Source of the DNA: Candidatus Pacearchaeota archaeon
GTDB lineage: Archaea; Nanobdellota; Nanobdellia; Pacearchaeales; GW2011-AR1
Reading direction: 5' to 3'
DNA length: 26,912 nt
NCBI GenBank assembly: GCA_016866975.1
Contig: VGKP01000012.1
Coordinates: 1-26,912, forward strand
Shown here: piece after piece, positions 25,622 through 26,912 of the stretch
How positions within the stretch are numbered: the first letter of the stretch is position 1
How the letters are laid out: every line of letters starts with the position of its first letter
Notes under the pieces: model-generated
Database searches by the model: none
What the model saw: the letters and a program-made list of their open reading frames with translations, nothing else
Told to the model about the DNA's origin: nothing
Program-made: the position numbers and the translations under genes

Positions 25622-26001
25622 TAAACAGGATTGCTCTCGCCATAAATAAGGCTCGAGCGTCTCTTTAAGATAGACATTATTGTAAAACGTGGATTGAAAT
25701 AGACATCTTCTCCAACTCCATTTTTATAGAGACTCATTTCCCTAATATCTACATCATAATGCGTTTCTTGCCTGAAATCTATAGGAATTGTACAAAAATT
25801 TCCTGGAAAATGATCTGCTCGAGAAAAAGTATGATTAGGAAGTTTACCTGCAAATGATGTCAGCCTTATGGTTCCTGGAAAGCTCTTAGCTTCACTATTT
25901 TTCACCTGAATTCCATACTGAACACTCCTTGTTATAAGGCCATTTACTTCATTTATGCTTAGAAGATGGTATGGATTTTTACCATCTGAACATATTCTCA
26001 T
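25621..26001 (-). CDS. Hypothetical protein
   Basis: ATG 26001 follows a TTTTTAAA box; TAATG coupling to the ART-like gene. Confidence 0.65.
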   Translation of the reverse strand: MRICSDGKNPYHLLSINEVNGLITRSVQYGIQVKNSEAKSFPGTIRLTSFAGKLPNHTFSRADHFPGNFCTIPIDFRQETHYDVDIREMSLYKNGVGEDVYFNPRFTIMSILKRRSSLIYGESNPV

Positions 26002-26066
26002 AAGAATATGAGATAACTCGCATTTAAAAATTATCTCCAAATTAAGGTAGCACACCCACAAATGTC

Positions 26067-26151
26067 ATATGCAAAGCACATATGATCCCGCGGTTGAGCG
26101 ACTGAATCGCAGTACTGCAGACTAATATGCAAAGCACATATGATCCCGCGG
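26067..26151. repeat. 27-bp direct repeat including the tRNA 3' end (att-like), copies 31 nt apart
   Basis: ATATGCAAAGCACATATGATCCCGCGG at 26067-26093 and 26125-26151. Confidence 0.9.
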
Positions 26152-26263
26152 AGATTTGAACTCCGGACCCCCGCCTTCCCTAGCGTTCCAGCATGGAAAC
26201 CGCACCTCTATCGAGGTGAGCTCTTATAAGAGCGGTGCTCTGAACCAACTGAGCTACGGGATC
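26141..26263 (-). tRNA. tRNA-Ile(UAU) with a 48-nt intron at position 37/38 (26224-26177)
   Basis: Acceptor GATCCCG/CGGGATC plus A73; D stem GCTC/GAGC; anticodon loop CT-TAT-A|A; T arm CGGAG-TTCAAAT-CTCCG; CUUA/UAGG central helix with 3-nt bulges. CCA not encoded. Confidence 0.92.
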
Positions 26264-26300
26264 GAAAATACACACAAAAGAATGTATTTAAAGATTAGGA

Positions 26301-26720
26301 TTACTCCAAGTCCATATTTCTGGCCTGATCAAGAGTCTCTATCGCCATCTGCAATCCTTGCATCCTGTTTCCTTTGGAAATATATTCTATGGAATCATTA
26401 ATATTTGATCCTTTTGATATGCTTTTATACCCCTCAATTATAAGGTCTGTTGACAATCTGTTGAAATCATACTCCACCAAACCATAGCCATTTGTCTTTC
26501 CATAAGGCCCAATTTCTAATGATTTTCTTGGATTGAGTTGGAGAGAGGAAATCAGCTGGTACAGTTGATCTTGAAGTGTATCTCTAGTTACCTCTATCCT
26601 ATCAATCTGATTCCTTTTCAGAAATATTTCATCTGTCCTGTTTCTTGTGAAAAATAAATAGCTCCCACAGGCAAAAAAGGCTACAGCAGTGAAGCTCCCC
26701 ACGGCAAGACCGTGGGGCAT
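26301..26720 (-). CDS. Membrane-anchored hypothetical protein whose first codons derive from the IS right end
   Basis: MPHGLAVGSF is encoded inside the IS end hairpin (26720-26689). The rest reads as host-type coding sequence. Confidence 0.55.
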   Translation of the reverse strand: MPHGLAVGSFTAVAFFACGSYLFFTRNRTDEIFLKRNQIDRIEVTRDTLQDQLYQLISSLQLNPRKSLEIGPYGKTNGYGLVEYDFNRLSTDLIIEGYKSISKGSNINDSIEYISKGNRMQGLQMAIETLDQARNMDLE

Positions 26721-26912
26721 CTAGAAGTTATCTAATCTCAACTGCTTACCGCTTCTTCCCTGTTGTTGAATATATCTTAGTATAATGTCAGCGTTAACTC
26801 CTTCTCCTACTGTTCCTGCATACCCACCATCGCTCCAGAATTCTCCGCCCCAGAGTTCTTTCTTGATATCTGTATGCTCCTCAAAAAGCTGGATTGCAGT
26901 AATACTCTTTAC
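26689..26912 (-). mobile_element. IS200/IS605-family element, right part (continues beyond the window)
   Basis: tnpA 3' end followed by the hairpin CCCCACGG-TCTTG-CCGTGGGG and a terminal TCAC. Confidence 0.9.
26721..26912 (-). CDS. tnpA: IS200/IS605 Y1 (HUH) transposase TnpA, C-terminal fragment
   Basis: Manual translation VKSITAIQLFEEHTDIKKELWGGEFWSDGGYAGTVGEGVNADIILRYIQQQGRSGKQLRLDNF* with LWGGEFW, TVG and catalytic YIxxQ motifs. Confidence 0.93.
   Translation of the reverse strand, partial: VKSITAIQLFEEHTDIKKELWGGEFWSDGGYAGTVGEGVNADIILRYIQQQGRSGKQLRLDNF

Noticed and set aside
26083-26093. Second or split tRNA gene
   Set aside because: Only 11 nt of the tRNA 3' end is repeated; no T arm or other cloverleaf parts follow.
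26156-26401. 81-aa plus-strand ORF
   Set aside because: Antisense to the tRNA gene and to the 26301 ORF.

Overview
AT-rich archaeal chromosome segment, most likely from a DPANN lineage such as Pacearchaeota or Woesearchaeota. That assignment is an inference from the aIF5B, archaeal GluRS, class III signal-peptide pilins, TATA-box promoters, an intron-containing tRNA-Ile(UAU) and the style of the secreted proteins. From left to right the window holds: a spacer-less 36-bp hairpin tandem array at the edge; a toxin-antitoxin cluster (two VapC PIN toxins, an AbrB antitoxin, a VapB with an in-frame TGA, a Zn-ribbon-AbrB gene); a 1883-aa mosaic surface protein; a 5.4-kb cassette (PAS histidine kinase, response regulator, FIST sensor, MFS transporter) bracketed by two near-identical 117-bp double-hairpin repeats; housekeeping genes (infB, PC4-like, a thrS that looks chimeric, CYTH cyclase, gltX); two pilins; an ART-like gene split by TAG; the tRNA with an adjacent 27-bp duplication; and the 3' end of an IS200/IS605 tnpA whose right end supplies a new start to a host gene. 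Several small accessory genes carry single lesions that the ORF track misses, most explainable as G-to-T changes, while the long genes are intact. No CRISPR, rRNA or phage genes were seen.
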